A stretch of 64,000 nt of DNA from Mobula hypostoma (Eukaryota): contig NC_086108.1 of the NCBI RefSeq assembly GCF_963921235.1, positions 15,872,001 to 15,936,000 of the forward strand, read 5' to 3'. Both the position numbers and the translations under genes were made by a program. The notes under the pieces are model-generated. The model ran no database searches. It had not been told where the DNA came from and saw only the letters and a list, made by a program, of their open reading frames with translations. Shown piece after piece: positions 1-13,589 of this stretch (position 1 is the stretch's first letter; every line of letters starts with the position of its first letter).

Positions 1-796
1 TAATGTGGATAAATGTGAAGTTATCCACTTTGGTGGCAAAAATAGGAAAACAGATTATTATCTGAATGGTGGCCGATTAGGAAAAGGGGAGGTGCAATGA
101 GACCTGGGTGTCATTATACACCAGTCATTGAAAGTGGGCATGCAGATACAGCAGGCAGTGAAAAAGGCGAATGGTATGCTGGCATTTATAGCGAGAGGAT
201 TCGAGTACAGGAGCAGGGAGGTACTACTGCAGTTGTACAAGGCCTTGGTGAGACCACACCTGGAGTATTGTGTGCAGTTTCCCCTAATCTGAGGAAAGAC
301 ATCCTTGCCATAGAGGGAGTACAAAGAAGGTTCACCAGATTGATTCCTGGGATGGCAGGACTTTCATATGAAGAAAGACTGGATGAACTGGGCTTGTACT
401 CGTTGGAATTTAGAAGATTGAGGGGGGATCTGATTGAAACGTATAAGATCCTAAAGGGATTGGACAGGCTAGATGCAGGAAGATTGTTCCCGATGTTGGG
501 GAAGTCCAGAACGAGGGGCCACAGTTTGAGGATAGAGGGGAAGCCTTTTAGGACCGAGATTAGGAAAAACTTCTTCACACAGAGAGTGGTGAATCTGTGG
601 AATTCTCTGCCACAGGAAACTGTTGAGGCCAGTTCATTGGCTATATTTAAGAGGGAGTTAGATATGGCCCTTGTGGCTACGGGGGTCAGGGGGTATGGAG
701 GGAAGGCTGGGGCGGGGTTCTGAGTTGGATGATCAGCCATGATCATAATAAATGGCGGTGCAGGCTCGAAGGGCCGAATGGCCTACTCCTGCACCT
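1..796 (+). mobile_element. CR1 LINE 3' portion (RT C-terminus + 3' UTR), young subfamily, disrupted
   Basis: ORF 97..723 contains KDILAIEGVQRRFTRLIPG...TRGHSLRI...FFTQRVVNLWNSLP; ends in a (TTTCTATG)n tail; near-identical to copies at 48351, 53603, 59677 and 62475; CGA>TGA stop near 98 and a 4-nt deletion near 281. Confidence 0.95.
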
Positions 797-867
797 ATTT
801 TCTATGTTTCTATGTTTTTCACAGTTTTTTTTAAAGTGTATGTCGGTGCACCCTCACCTTCAACCTA

Positions 868-1350
868 TGAGGGGTGATTGATAAGTTCGTGGCCTAAGGT
901 AGAAGGAGTCAATTTTAGAAAACCTAGCACATTTACTTTTCAACATAGTCCCCTCCTACATGTACACACTTAGTCCAGCGGTCATGGAGCATACGGATCC
1001 TTTCTTTGTAGAGGTGGTCCACAGCAGGGGTGATTGATAAGTTTGTGGCCTTAGGTAGAAGGAGATGAGTTATACAGCTCTCGTTACATGCACGTGCAGT
1101 TCAATTCTTTGAGTGAAAATGTGGAAAGTTTGGAGTTTCTCCTCATCTTCTACCTTAGACCAGAAACTTATCAATCACCCCTGCTGTGGACCACTTTCTG
1201 GAGGTCCAAGACGCTGACTTCTACAAAGAATGGATATGTATGCTCCACGACTGCTGGACTAAGTGTGTAAATGTAGGAAAAATAAATGTGCTAGGTTTTT
1301 AAAAATTGACTCCTTCTACCTCAGGCCACGAACTTATCAATCACTCTTCG
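868..1350. mobile_element. Mariner-derived foldback MITE with TA target duplication
   Basis: Left end TGAGGGGTGATTGATAAGTTCGTGGCC, right end GGCCACGAACTTATCAATCACTCTTCG; flanking TA at 866-867 and 1351-1352; arms about 200 bp; 933-1010 (minus) translates YKERIRMLHDRWTKCVHVGGDYVEK*, a typical mariner transposase C-terminus. Confidence 0.85.
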
Positions 1351-1352
1351 TA

Positions 1353-2160
1353 TGCCCTCTTATTATCAGCACCCCAATGAGAGGAAAAAGATTCTTATTG
1401 TCTCCGCTACCTAAGCTCCACAATTTTGTTTACTTTTGTCAGGTGATCCACTATCCTTCTCACTTCATGGAAAAATAAACCCAGCCTATCCAATCTCTTT
1501 TTAAAACTGAAATGCACCAATCTTGGTGAATCTCCTCTGTACTTTTTCCAGTGCAAAACACAGCTCTTATATTCTTTGCCACAGCTGTTGATGGAAAGCA
1601 TCTCATATTTGTCATCACCAACTTATCTACAGTGCTGCAACTATTATGGATACAGTATATAGACTTGTCTGCCAAGGTCCAATCCTAAGATTTTGCCATT
1701 TACAGTATATGTCCTACTACACTTGATCTTCCAAAATGCAACAGCTTGCATTGTTAGGATTAAATTCCATCTGCCATCACTCAACCAACTTTCCACTGAC
1801 CTATATCACACTGCATCCTGAGACAATACTCAGGATCATGGTCAAGGTTGTACAGCATGGAAACAGGCCATTCAGCCCACTACAACCACACTGATCAGTG
1901 GGAACCCATCTATAGTAATTCCATCTTCCAGCACTTGACCCATATCCATGCATCAGCAAATCAAGTGCTCTTCAATCTAGACATTACTTAAGTGTTGCCA
2001 CCACTCTCTCAACAAGTACATTCCAGATACGCACCACTCTCTGGCTGAATGATAGCCTTTAGATCCTCTCTAAATCTGTTCATCTTTACCCCAAATGTAT
2101 GTTGTCTGGTTTTATGATGAGGAGAAAGTTTCTTGCTGCCTGTCCTTTCCATACCCCTCA
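1353..2160 (-). mobile_element. Old degenerate CR1 fragments
   Basis: Remnant motifs such as GGATTAAATTCCATCTGCCA and CR1 3'-end-like sequence; no open ORF. Confidence 0.6.
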
Positions 2161-2169
2161 ACCTGTGGA

Positions 2170-4900
2170 ATCACTGAGTCATGGCTGAAAGAAGATCATA
2201 GTTGGGAGCTTAACATCCAATGGTACACGTTGCATTGAAAGGACAGACAGGTAGGGTGGCTCTTCTGGTTAAAAAAAAAACAAAATCAAATCCTTAGAAG
2301 GTGCTGACGATGTAGAATCCTTATGGGTACAGTTAAGAAACTGCAAGAGAAAAATGACCTTGATGGGAGTTATATAAAGGCCTCTGTACAGTAACCAGGC
2401 TGTGGCGTTCCAATTACAACAGGAGATAGAAAGGCATGTAAAATGAGTAATGTTACAATAGTCAGGGGGGGATTTCAACATGCAGGAAGATTGGCAAAAC
2501 CAGGTTGGTGTTCAAGAGAAGGAATTTGTGGAATACTCACGAGATGACTTTCTAGAGTAGTTTATAGTTAAGCCCATGAAGGAAAAGGCAGTTCTGGACT
2601 GGGTGTTGTGTAATGAATCAGATTTGACAAGGGAGCTTAAGATAAAGGAACCCTTTGGAGGCAGTGTTCATAATAGATTCATACAACCTTGAAATTTGTT
2701 TGCTTACAGGCAGTTGCAAAGAAAGGAACCTGAAAGAACCCAATTTTAAAAAAAGACCAACCCTCAGTACCCACAAAGAAAGAGAAAAATAAACACAAAA
2801 CAAATCATGCAAACAATAGAAGCGAGCAAATTACAACAGCATTCTGAGCCAAATTGAGTCCTTAGATCCAAATGCCTGGACTAGGCCCAAAACCTCAGTA
2901 TTTAGTTCATCATATTAGCAGTGCAAGTTGCTGAAAGTTCTTCGATAGTACCATCTTAAACCAGATAGAATAAAATTGGATATGATAGAACTAACTCTGC
3001 ACTTTCAAAGGGAAAGGCTAAAATCAGATGTATCAGTATTACAGTGGAGTAAAGGGAATCTCAGAGGCAAGAGAGACCTAGCCAAAGTTAATAGGAAGGG
3101 GACACTAGAAAGAATGACACAGATCAGCAATGGCTGAAAGTTCTGGGGCAATTTGGACAGTGCAGGATAGATATATCCCAAAGAAGTAGTATTCTAAAGG
3201 GAGGATGAGGCATATGGCTGACAAGGGAAGTCAAAGGCAACATAAAAGCAAATGAGAGGGCATATAATATAGCAAAAATTAGTGGGAAAGTGAAGGATTG
3301 GGAAGCTTTTAAAAACCAACATAAGGCAACTAAAAAGCCTTAAGGAAGAAAAGACTAAATATGAAGGTAAGCTAGCCAATAATATAAAAGACAATACAAG
3401 AAGTTTTTTTTCCAACATATGAAAAGTTAAAGAGAGGCGAGAGTGAACATCAGACCACTGGAAAATGATGCTGAAAAGGTAGTAATGGAGGACAAAGAAA
3501 TGCATATGGACTCAGTAAGTATTTTGCATCAGTCTTCCCTCTGGAAGACACCAACGGTATACTAAAAATTCAAGAATGTCAAAGACAGAAGTTAATGTAC
3601 TCGCTATTACTAAGGAGAAGGTTCTTGGGAAATTTAAAGGTCTGAAGGTGGATGTCACCTGAACCAGATGAACTACACCCCAATATTCTAAAGGAGGTAA
3701 TTGAAGAAATTGTAGAGTCATTAGTAGTAATTTTTCAAGAATCACCAGATTCTAGAATGGTTCCAGAGGACTGGAAAATTGCATATATCACTCCACTCTT
3801 TAAGAAGGCTGGGAGGCAAAAGGCAGTAAGTCATAGGCCATTTCAATGATTTCACAGACTTTAGTGGTCTACTGACTGATGTTGGAGTCCATTATTCACC
3901 AGTTCCACAGTGATCGATGTTTGGACCACTTCTTTTTACGTTATATGTAAATGATTTGGATGATGTAATTGATAGCTTTGTGGCCAAGTTCGTAGATGAT
4001 ACAAAGATAGGTGGATGGGTAGGTGGTGCTGAGGAAGCAGGGATTCCACAGAAGGACTTAGACAAATTATGTGAATGGGCAAAGAAGTGGCAGATGGAAT
4101 ACAGTGTAGCGAAATGTATGATCATGTATTTTGGTAAAAGGAATAAAGGCATGGACTATTTTCTAAACAGGGAGCAAATCCAGAAATAAAGGGTGCAAAG
4201 GGATTTGGGAGTTTCGGGCATGATATCCTAAAGGCTAACTTGCAAGCTGAGCCAGTGGTAAGGAAGGCAAATGCAATGTTAGCATTCATTTCGAGAGGTC
4301 TAGAATATAAAAGCAAGGATAGAATGCTGAGGCTTTATAAGGCATTGGTCAGAATACTTGGAGTATTGTGAGCAGAATGGGCCTCTAATCTAAGAAAGGA
4401 TGTGCTGGCATTAGAGAGGGTCCAGAGGAGGTTCACGATAATGATCCCAGGAATGAAAGGGTTAAAGCTTGATGGCTTTGGCCTGTACTCACTGGAGTTT
4501 TGGAAGAATGAGGGGGGATCTCTTTGTAACCTATTGAATATTGAAAGGCGTAGATAGAGTGGACATGGAGAGGTTGTTTCCTATGGTGGGGAAGGGGGAG
4601 GGGTGCGTGGTTGACTAGACCCAGAGGACACAGCCTCAGTATACAAGGATGTCTCTTTAGAAGAGAGATTAGGACTGTGGAACTTATTGCCTAAAATTGC
4701 TGTTGAGGAATTGTCATTGGGTAAATTTTAAACAGAGAAAATTTAAAACAGGTTCTTGGTTAGTAAGGGCATCAAAGGTTATGGGAAAAGGGCAGGAGAA
4801 TGAGGTTGAGAGGGATAATAACTCAGCCAAGGTGGAATGGCGGAGCAGATGTGTTGGAACAAATGGCCTAATTCTGCTCCTATGTCTTATGGTCTTATGG
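2170..4900 (+). mobile_element. Degenerate CR1 LINE (EN to RT to 3' UTR), with a short repeat inserted at about 2685-2945
   Basis: ORF pieces VPEDWKIAYITPLFKK and GPLLFTLYVNDLD..KFVDDTKIGG; (TCTTATGG)n tail at about 4885-4900; the insert resembles 61560-61735. Confidence 0.85.
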
Positions 4901-4929
4901 CTAATCTTTTACACTACTCTTATCCTCCT

Positions 4930-6010
4930 CTTTTCAATGGAAAACTGATCCAGCTTCTCCAATCTATTTTCATAATTCAAGTATTCCATCCTAGGCAACA
5001 TCTAAGTGAATCTTCTCTATATCTTTCTAGCACTATGACATTTTTCCTGTAGTGTGGTGCCTAGAACTGCATGCAGTGCTTAAAATGAGGTCTAATTGAT
5101 GTTTTATGAAGTTGGAACATAACCTCTGTACTTCCGTATTAAGTGCCCTGACTAATGAAGAGCAGTATCCCTTATGTTTTATTAATCACATTAGTTATCT
5201 GCACTGCCACCTTTGATGACCTTTTGACTAGTACACCAATCCTCTCCTCCCTAGGACCCTACCGTTCAGAGTGTATATCCTAGCCTTAGTAGTATTCCCA
5301 AAATGCACGTACTCACTTACAATGTATTAGGATTAAACTCCAGCTACCATTTTTCAGCCCATTTCACATGGGTATCACCCTGTGGCCCAAGACTACCCTC
5401 CACCCTGTTACCAACTTCACAAAAATTCATGTCACCTGGCAACGTACCTCCTACATGCACATTAAAATCAGTCATATATGTTACAAGCAGCAAGGGTCTC
5501 GGCACTGATTGCTGTGGAAGACCACAAGTTACAGATATCTGATCACAAAAACAGCTGTCTACAGTCACCCTGTCTCCTATTGCCAAGTCCATTTGGATCC
5601 ACTTTGCCCTGACCATTTGGACTAGTCCTCTAACTGAGACTTTGTCCATGTAAGCACCATTTACTGCATTGTCTCATCAATACACCTTGCTACCTCCTCA
5701 CAAAATTAATTCAGATTGTCAAACAAGATCTACTTTGAGAAAACCGTGCTGGCTATCTCTGATTAGTTCCTACTGATATTAGGCTCACAAGCCTGTAATT
5801 ACCAGATTTTTCCCTGCTGCGCTTCTTGAAATGGGGTTTCTGTTTGCTGTCCTCCAGTCTTCTGGTATCTTATTTGTGGCCAACAGAGATTCAAAACTCT
5901 CAGTCCTAGCCTCAGTAGTTCTTCCCTTACGTACCATAGCAACCTGAGGAAAAATCTCATCTGACCCTAGGGATTTTTCCACAAAAGCATTATGTACCTC
6001 CTCTTTACAT
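4930..6010 (-). mobile_element. Old CR1 RT fragment
   Basis: Minus-strand ORFs with VTCGLPQQSVPRPLLLVTYMTD and IPEDWRTAN. Confidence 0.75.
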
Positions 6011-6589
6011 ATGAACATTTACTCTGGAATTTCCCTTTCTCCTTCACTGCATCCTCAAACTATTACATATGTGAATAGGCAAAAAGTCTTGCCTCGTAAA
6101 TCTCCTTCAAACTTTCTCCTCTCACTTTAGGCCTCTAATTTAGCATTTAAGTATTCTCCTGAATCCCTCAAAGGACTTTTCATGTTTCCATTGGGCTATC
6201 ACTGCAATATGCTTCCTTTTTCTCTGTGCATTAGTTCAAGATCCTGCATGAACTTAAACTCCTTGCATCTATGGCCTTACACCTTATTGTGATTTGTTGA
6301 AAGTATCTGCTCTTGCTGTTTCTTGGGGATCCCGTAGTACAATCCCAGCAAAGTGATCATCACATTCTTCTTTTTAAAATTCTATCAATATAGCCTCATT
6401 TGAAGAGCCTTCCCAAGTACATACAGATATTCTCCCTCATCATTAATCCAATGCCCTTTCCTTTTATATATTCTCATCCATCCTCATCAAAACATTTATC
6501 TTAAACCACCAGTTCTGCCATTCTTTCAATCACGTGACTATTATTGTAATAATATCCTATCCCTACAAATGGAACAAGTGCCTATACCT

Positions 6590-7035
6590 CCACCATTTAG
6601 GGCAAACAGTTCTTACAGATGAAGCAACACTTCATCTGCAAATCTGTTAGGGTCATCTTCTGTATCCAGTGCCCCCGGTGCAGCCTCTTTTACATTTAGT
6701 GAAATCTGACGTAGATTGGGGGACTGTTTCATCAAGCACCTTTTGTCTGCCAAAAAAGGCGGGATTCTACGATGGTCTATTCCCATTCCTATTCCTAGTC
6801 CGTGGCCTCCTCTACTCCTAGGACAATGCAACTCCCAGGTTGGAGGAGCAACACCTCGTATTCTGTCTAGGTTGTTTCCAACCTGATTAAATGAACATCA
6901 ATTTCTCTAACTTACAGTAATTTCTTCCCCATCCCCTACTTTCTCTTTCTATTCCCTATTCTCATTCCTCAGTCACTCCTTCTCCTCTCCTGCTCATCAC
7001 CTCCCTCTGGTGCCATCCTCCTTCTCTTTCTCCCC
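6590..7035 (+). mobile_element. Penelope-like element fragment (GIY-YIG endonuclease end)
   Basis: Homologous to 30360-31210 (minus); remnant of CxxCxLxYIxE..RRLGDxFxxH and LEEQHLVFCLG. Confidence 0.7.
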
Positions 7036-7746
7036 AAGCACCTAATCATACCAAACTGCTCTACCTGCTGGACACTGTTTGATCTCTGTATTTGGCTCTA
7101 TGTCCCCACTTGTATACAGTGCACTACTACTTCCAGGTCCCTCTGTTCCTCAGGGTCTTGCTGTTCACTGTATACAAGTCCTACCTTGGATATTTGTCCA
7201 AAATGCATCATCTCATACTTATCTAAGTTGAAATCCACTTGCCATTCCTCAAACTATCTCTCTGTCAGATCAAGATCTCTTTGCAATTCATTGCAATTCA
7301 TTGTAATCTGTTTCACTATCAACAAGACCACTTAATTTAGTACCATCAGCAAACTTAATCATGCCATATACTTTCATAACCAAAGGTCTCAACCCAAAAC
7401 ATCAACATACATCTCTCCTTTCACAGATGATGCTTGACCAGCTGCGTCTCTCCAGCATTCTGTAATTTGCTGAATACAGCCTGTCTGGAGCTGCAACTGG
7501 ACACATTTCCCATACACGTAGTCACCAGAAGTGTCCTTGTTTTTTCAGGAGGATCATTCCACAGCCATGTCTTCTTTAGTCATGTTCTCAAATCAGCACT
7601 TGCATTCAGAAAACTACAGGGGTGAACTGTTTTAAACAATGACAATATTGACCAATCTCCAATTAAAGACTGCAAAGTCCCTGAAAGCGTACAAACTCCT
7701 TCCTCCCATTTTCCTCCTCAACTCCCTCCTTTCCCTTCTTCATCTC

Positions 7747-8872
7747 TCATAAGAACATAAGAGATGAGAGCGGGAGCAGGAGTAGGCCTGTCAAACTTGA
7801 TCCACCATTCAATAAGATCATGGCTGGTCTGGCCATGGACTCATCTCTACCTATCTGTCCTTCCCCCATAACCTTAATTCTCCTATGTCATACAAAAATC
7901 TATCTAACTGTGTTCCTCTCTCCCTCTACCCCTCCTCCCTCTCCCCCTCCTCCCTCTCCCCCTCCTCCTCCCCCTCCCCCTCCCCTCCCCTCCTCCCTCC
8001 TCCCTCCTCCCTCCTCCCCCTCCTCCCCCTCCCTCTCCTCCCCCTCCCTCTCCTCCCCCTCTCTCTCCTCCCCCTCTCTCTCCTCCCTCCCTCTCCTCCC
8101 CCCTCTCCTCCCCCCTCTCCTCCCCCCTCTCCTCCCCCCTCTCCTCCCCCCTCTCCTCCCCCCTCTCCTCCCCCCTCTCCTCCCCCTCTCTCTCCTCCCC
8201 CCTCCCTCCCTTTCTCCCCCTCCACCCATCCCTCCCCCTCATTTTTCTGAATTCCTGTGAATACATGCCCAGAGCGATCAAACACTCTTCATATGACAAG
8301 CCATTCAATCTTGGAATCATTTGTGTAAATCTCCTTTGAACACTCTCCAGTTTCAGCACATCCTTTCTTAGATAAGGGGTCCAAAACTGCTCACAGTACT
8401 CCAAGTGAGGCCTCGCCAGTGCTTTATGAAGTTTCAACATTACATCCTTGCTTTTATATTCTAGTCCTCTTGAACTGAATGCTAACATCACATTTGCCTT
8501 CCTCACCACAGACTCAATCTGCAAATTAACCTTTCAGGAATCCTGCACAAGGACTTACAAGTCCCTTGGCGCCTCAGATTTTTGTATTTTCACTCCATTT
8601 ATAAAATAGTCAACCCTTTCATTTTTTCTACCAAAGTGCATGACCATGCACTTCCCAACACTGTCTTCCATCTGCCACTTCTCTGTCCATTCTCCTAATC
8701 TGTGTAAGCATTTCTGTAGCCTCTCTACTTCCTCAAGGCTACCTGCTCCTCCACCCATCTTTGTATCATCTGCAAATTTTGCAACAAAGCCATGAATTCC
8801 ATCATCCAAATCATTTACATTTAACGTAAAAAGAATTGGCCCAACACAGACCCCTGTGGAACATCACCAGTC
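7747..8872 (-). mobile_element. CR1 3' fragment interrupted by a CT-rich microsatellite
   Basis: ORFs 8555..8809 (AKFADDTKMGG) and 7904..8524 (RPHLEYCEQFW); CATAAGAA tail near 7748. Confidence 0.85.
7915..8240. repeat. Pure C/T low-complexity tract including (CCCCCCTCTCCT)n
   Basis: About 325 bp almost entirely C/T, with a 12-bp periodic core at about 8090-8185. Confidence 0.95.
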
Positions 8873-10559
8873 ACTAGATTTTGAAGCAGTAACCACAGTG
8901 TGTCTTTGTTCTGTTTGTATATTAATCATATAACCTGTTGGGAATCTTTTGGTGATACCGATTCTTCACACTCCTAGGACTCTCTGGTGCTCAAAGCAAG
9001 ATCTGGTTAATTTTCCCCATTTCCTTCTCTTGTTTCAGTTCATTTCATTTTCCTAAAGTGCGATACTTCATGGAGAAATGCTTGAAGCGACTTTCTACTC
9101 AAAGAAATGGCAAGGCTCCCACCACTTTAATTTGAGGCAACTCACTATTTACTACAGATTGGACCATGGCCAGCTAGAACTAGTGCAAAGAATTCCTTAT
9201 AATGCATCAGCATCTGCCTTGCAGTTCCCTGGGGCATGAACATGAAGAACTCGGGATGCAAAATAGCATCTTCCATGGAGGTTTTCATTTGTTTTGAATG
9301 TGTTTTAATCTGCTTGTAATCTTTCTTGGCAAAGAAAAAGAACTTTTGTTTGGACAGATCTTTGTCACCTTAAATCACCTCAGCATATTTTGTAAAACAG
9401 CTGTTGAAGTCACAATCCAGATGGACTTGGTGGATTCTGTGGATGTCGAATGACAGAGCAAAGTCATCTTGTGGTGCTGTGAATAGAAACATGGGAAGCT
9501 GTGCATCTGTCAGAGTGGGCACATTCAACATCTCATTCAAAGGATGACATTTCCAAAGGTGACCCTGGTGTGCATTTAGCAACATAATTGTGTCTCAGAC
9601 CACATTATATGCTGGCTGCTCTATAGGAGCTTGAATCCTGCAGCCTTCTGACTTGCAACTGAACCACAACCTACTCTGGGGAGACCTGACCCGCTCTTTG
9701 AATTGAAATACTATGATCTTGCTGCAGTCCATCAGCTGGGTCTAAAAAAGGTGACTAATAATATTTTGATGTAAAATGTTTCTTCTTCTTATGCTGAAAA
9801 CATGCCTTGTTTAAATCTGGATCATGTCTATACTCATTTCTGGACCTGCCGAGTATTTACAACAATCCAGCCCAGACCTTCCTGTTGCTGCTACACACCC
9901 TGTAGAGGCTGATATTGTTGTAGGTTAGTACCTCCTCTATCAGATCCTTCTGGAATAAACAGGAGAGGAATGAAGACTCTTTTGATGCTTACACTGTTAA
10001 AGGCAACACTCAGACTTGAGAAGAAACTATCCTTATCTCTGAATGTTAGCCCTATTTTTGCTAGATTTTACATTTATATCTTTGCAGAACAAAAACCATT
10101 GTCCATTATCTCCTTGGGTTCCTTTCAGTTTGCTCTTGATAATTATCAGGATTGCTTTTGAATGGCATGTACAATTTGCTTTCAATTGCTTTAAATTGAT
10201 TGGCATCAGAAAGTTTTCTTTATCTTGGCTTTTATACATCCTCCTGCTTATCTGTTTTCCTACAGTGAGAATTATGAATTTGTATTCTCAGTTTCATTAG
10301 TGCTGTGCTAAGTTCCATATTCAACCCTCATAATTCTGTATCCTTCTAATCTTTTCCTGTAATTCAGATCCTTCATTCCTGGGCTAGTAAGCTTGCATTA
10401 TATACATATGTGATGCTTTGAGAAGATGCTAAAAGTGTACATAGTACACATCATTGTTCTGTACAATGACCTCCCTCCTGCACACAAATCCCACTTAATC
10501 TGGAAATACTGTGTTCTCACTGCAGTCCATCAGCTGGAGAGATGAGACCAATAATTGAA

Positions 10560-10850
10560 TGGCACTGACTCACAGTTCCAGAGACTTGTGTTCAATCCTG
10601 ACCTTGGGTGCTGTCTATGTCAAACTTGCACATTCTTACTGAGGCCATGGGTTTCCAATGAGTGCTCCAGTTTTCTCCCTTGTCCCAAAGACGTGCAGAT
10701 TAGTGGGTCAATTGATCATTGTAAGTCTCCCTTAGTGTGTAGATAAATTGTAGAATTTTTGGGGGAGTTGATGGGACTGTAGAGATAATAAAGTATAGGA
10801 TTAGTGTAGGTAGATGTTTCATGCACACTTGATGGGCTGATAGTCTTTTA
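10560..10850 (+). mobile_element. tRNA-derived V-SINE/HE1-like SINE, degenerate
   Basis: B-box-like GTTCAATCC and V-domain-like GGGTTTCC..TGCTCCAGTTTTCTCCC..TCCCAAAGACGTGC. Confidence 0.7.
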
Positions 10851-12390
10851 CAATTCCAGATGACCCAATGGACGTTTAAATGTTTTTTATTCTAATACAG
10901 AAACCTACTTTGCTTAAATCTGGGTTATTTGCTGGGCCCCTTACCAGACCTGCTGAGTGTTGCCAGCATTTCAATCAGAGGAAACAATCTGTGGTTTAAG
11001 TAAAAGTGAATTTGAAGGTGTCAGATTGCCTAGTCCAACTGGTTCCCTGCAGTGTGGTTCAATCTTACCTACCATCTGAAGAGGCCCTGTAAACATTTGG
11101 TCGAGGTGGGTGGTGGATGTTGGATCTGACAGAATCTAATGTCTAGCTAATAATGTCCAGATCCCGAGAATCAACAAAAAAATCAATAGTTCATTTAATA
11201 CAGTCCTTTGCTGGCTCCATTAGATTTTGTATCATTACCAGTCACTGGGTTCAAATTCCATCAATTAATTTCTTCCCCGCACTATGTAAAATCATTTCTC
11301 TCTAAATGTGAGAAGCTCCTTATAGTTCCCATCGAACTTCCATTCTCTTCCACCTCTGATATCTAAGGTTCACAGTAAGTTTATTATCAAGGTCACCATA
11401 TATTATCCTGAGATTCATTTTCATGCTGGCATTCAGAGAAGAACAAAGAAGTACAATAGAGTCAATGAAAAACTACACAATACATCTATTTGCATCACCA
11501 GAGGTCCCATCCCCAGAGCTGTCTGTCCCATTCTCTGCAGCATAAACCTATAAACTGAGTAGGTCAAAGAGGCTGGAAATGAGGTTGCTTTTGTAGAGCA
11601 TGATCTCCTCCCACCCACCCTCCCCACCCAAGACAGTGATCAAGAGTAGCCCAACCCCTCTGGAAAACCCACAAGAATGATCCAGTGCTTAAAGAGTTAA
11701 ATTATGAAGCTAAGTTTCATGGACTGATCTTGTATTCGAATGAATATCAAAGCATAAGGGCTGTTTAAGAGTAAAGTTAAATAATAAGTTCAACAAAAAA
11801 GTATTTCCTTTGGTGAGGGAATCCAGAAAAAGGGGACGGGGCCTTAAGATTGAGTGATAATGATGTTAGAAGCAGAGGTGAAAGTCTGGAATTCCCTCAC
11901 TATCCCACCTTGGGTCACGTAAAAATAACAAAACTGAAGTTAGGTGGAAGTAACTGCATCAGCCTTAAAGAGGGGCTGAACACTCTCCACTAGCGTGAAT
12001 CTACTGAGATGCTTACAGTTGATCCTAGTGTCTTTAAAAAAATCAGTGGATTGATATTAAAAAGTATTTTAAAGTTGTTGGTGCCATAAGATTCAAAGTA
12101 GCCACTCCTAATACTTGTTTCCCTTATTTCACTTCCAACCCTTCACTCTCCACTCCCACCATCATCTGTAGGCTTCTGCCAGAGCTCAGAATGGGGGATG
12201 TGGTCCCTGCAGATGCACTCAAAGCCAGTAAGGACCGCTTCTGTGGTCTCTCACTCTCTCCACACTCCCCACTCCCAGATCAGTCCCAGTCGAAGTCACA
12301 ATGAAGGGAAATTTGCGTATCTTGCTACTTTTACCATCTCCAACTGAGGTGTAAGTACTTGCTTTCCTTCTGTTGTTTTCTCTTTAGCAG

Positions 12391-13500
12391 ATGCAGTATC
12401 ATCATAAGTAAATCAAATTCTTCAGCAACTGTGAAAGGCTCCACAGTCACTTCGGCTGATGGAGCTGTTTCAGTCCGCTGACCAAAATCTTCCACCAGAA
12501 TCAGGTGATTGTGTACAGACGGGGAGGTTTCAAGCCAGACTAACAATCCTCAGTATTCCAGTTCACACAAAGGCATTTATCCAGCCAGAATATATCACAT
12601 TTAGAGTTTCAGCTTTAATTTCAGTTGTCTTCTAATGCAACATTCTACTCTGGTGTGACTCATATAGGAAGTACCAGAACCTGACAGGAATTCTTCCATT
12701 TCCCTCTCACTGCTTTATTAGGGTTAATTTTTTTTAATGCCCACTCTAATTTCACTCCACCTGAGGACCATGCAAATTGACACTCTGTCAAAAGGCTGGG
12801 GCTATGGTCCCTGTGGAGTGTGTGAGGTCGAGGTGTCACAATGATCCTCAGGACCTGGCATGGCAGCGATCAAAGTGAAGAGTATGTGCTTTTCAATTAG
12901 CACGTTAGGTTTTTAGATAATTAACTTTGCAACTTAAAACTGAAATAATTAACAGAAGGGCTACTAGCAAGCTAGCTTTTTTAAAAAAAATGCTGTGACA
13001 TGGCATTGGTGCTGAATTTGATACTCTGGGACAAGATATGTACTTCTGAGCCTATTGTAAAAATATTATTGGAATTTATGTGAAGGCTGCTGCTACTTTG
13101 CAATTGTACCAAATGATTTATCACATCGCAAAGCAAGCTTGAAACTTGAAGGTTATGTTCATGAATGTGTGTGTCAGACCTTTTAAATTGAACTATCAGC
13201 TTTGAATGAAATGATGTCTGGACAATTTCATGGGTAGATTATTTATTCCCTCGTTCCTAGTTTCATGTTGCTGGTTGATAAGGCCTGTGTTTCACTGCCC
13301 TCCACGTTAGTGTTGTTTGCAGACGTGTTTGAATGAACACCACACACCTTTGACAGTATTTCATTTCTCAGAGCTTGGGCTTCTATCTACGGCCATACTA
13401 TGCTTGTGTTGTGCTGAAACTCAGGATCTTGTAAATGTTTTGAAAGTAATGTGCGGAATGTTCATTTGCAACAAAATAAATGTTACTTTTTATAGCCTGT
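12391..13500 (+). other. Candidate alternative terminal exon of RABGAP1L (phase 0: MQYHHK*) with 3' UTR
   Basis: Strong acceptor TTTCCTTCTGTTGTTTTCTCTTTAGCAG ending at 12390; no recognisable TE in about 1.1 kb; AATAAA at 13475-13480 followed by GT/T-rich sequence. Confidence 0.4.
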
Positions 13501-13589
13501 GTTTAGTTGTGTTTCTTGGTGAGGGCGGGGCTGAAATCTTGAGAATTAACCAAATCTCCAGTTCCTTACTATATATATCTGTTACCAGA

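Noticed and set aside
7820..8285. Pro/Ser-rich and Gly/Arg/Glu-rich ORFs (also 21461-21859 and 33463-33961)
   Set aside because: They are translations of C/T microsatellite tracts, with no splice or homology support.
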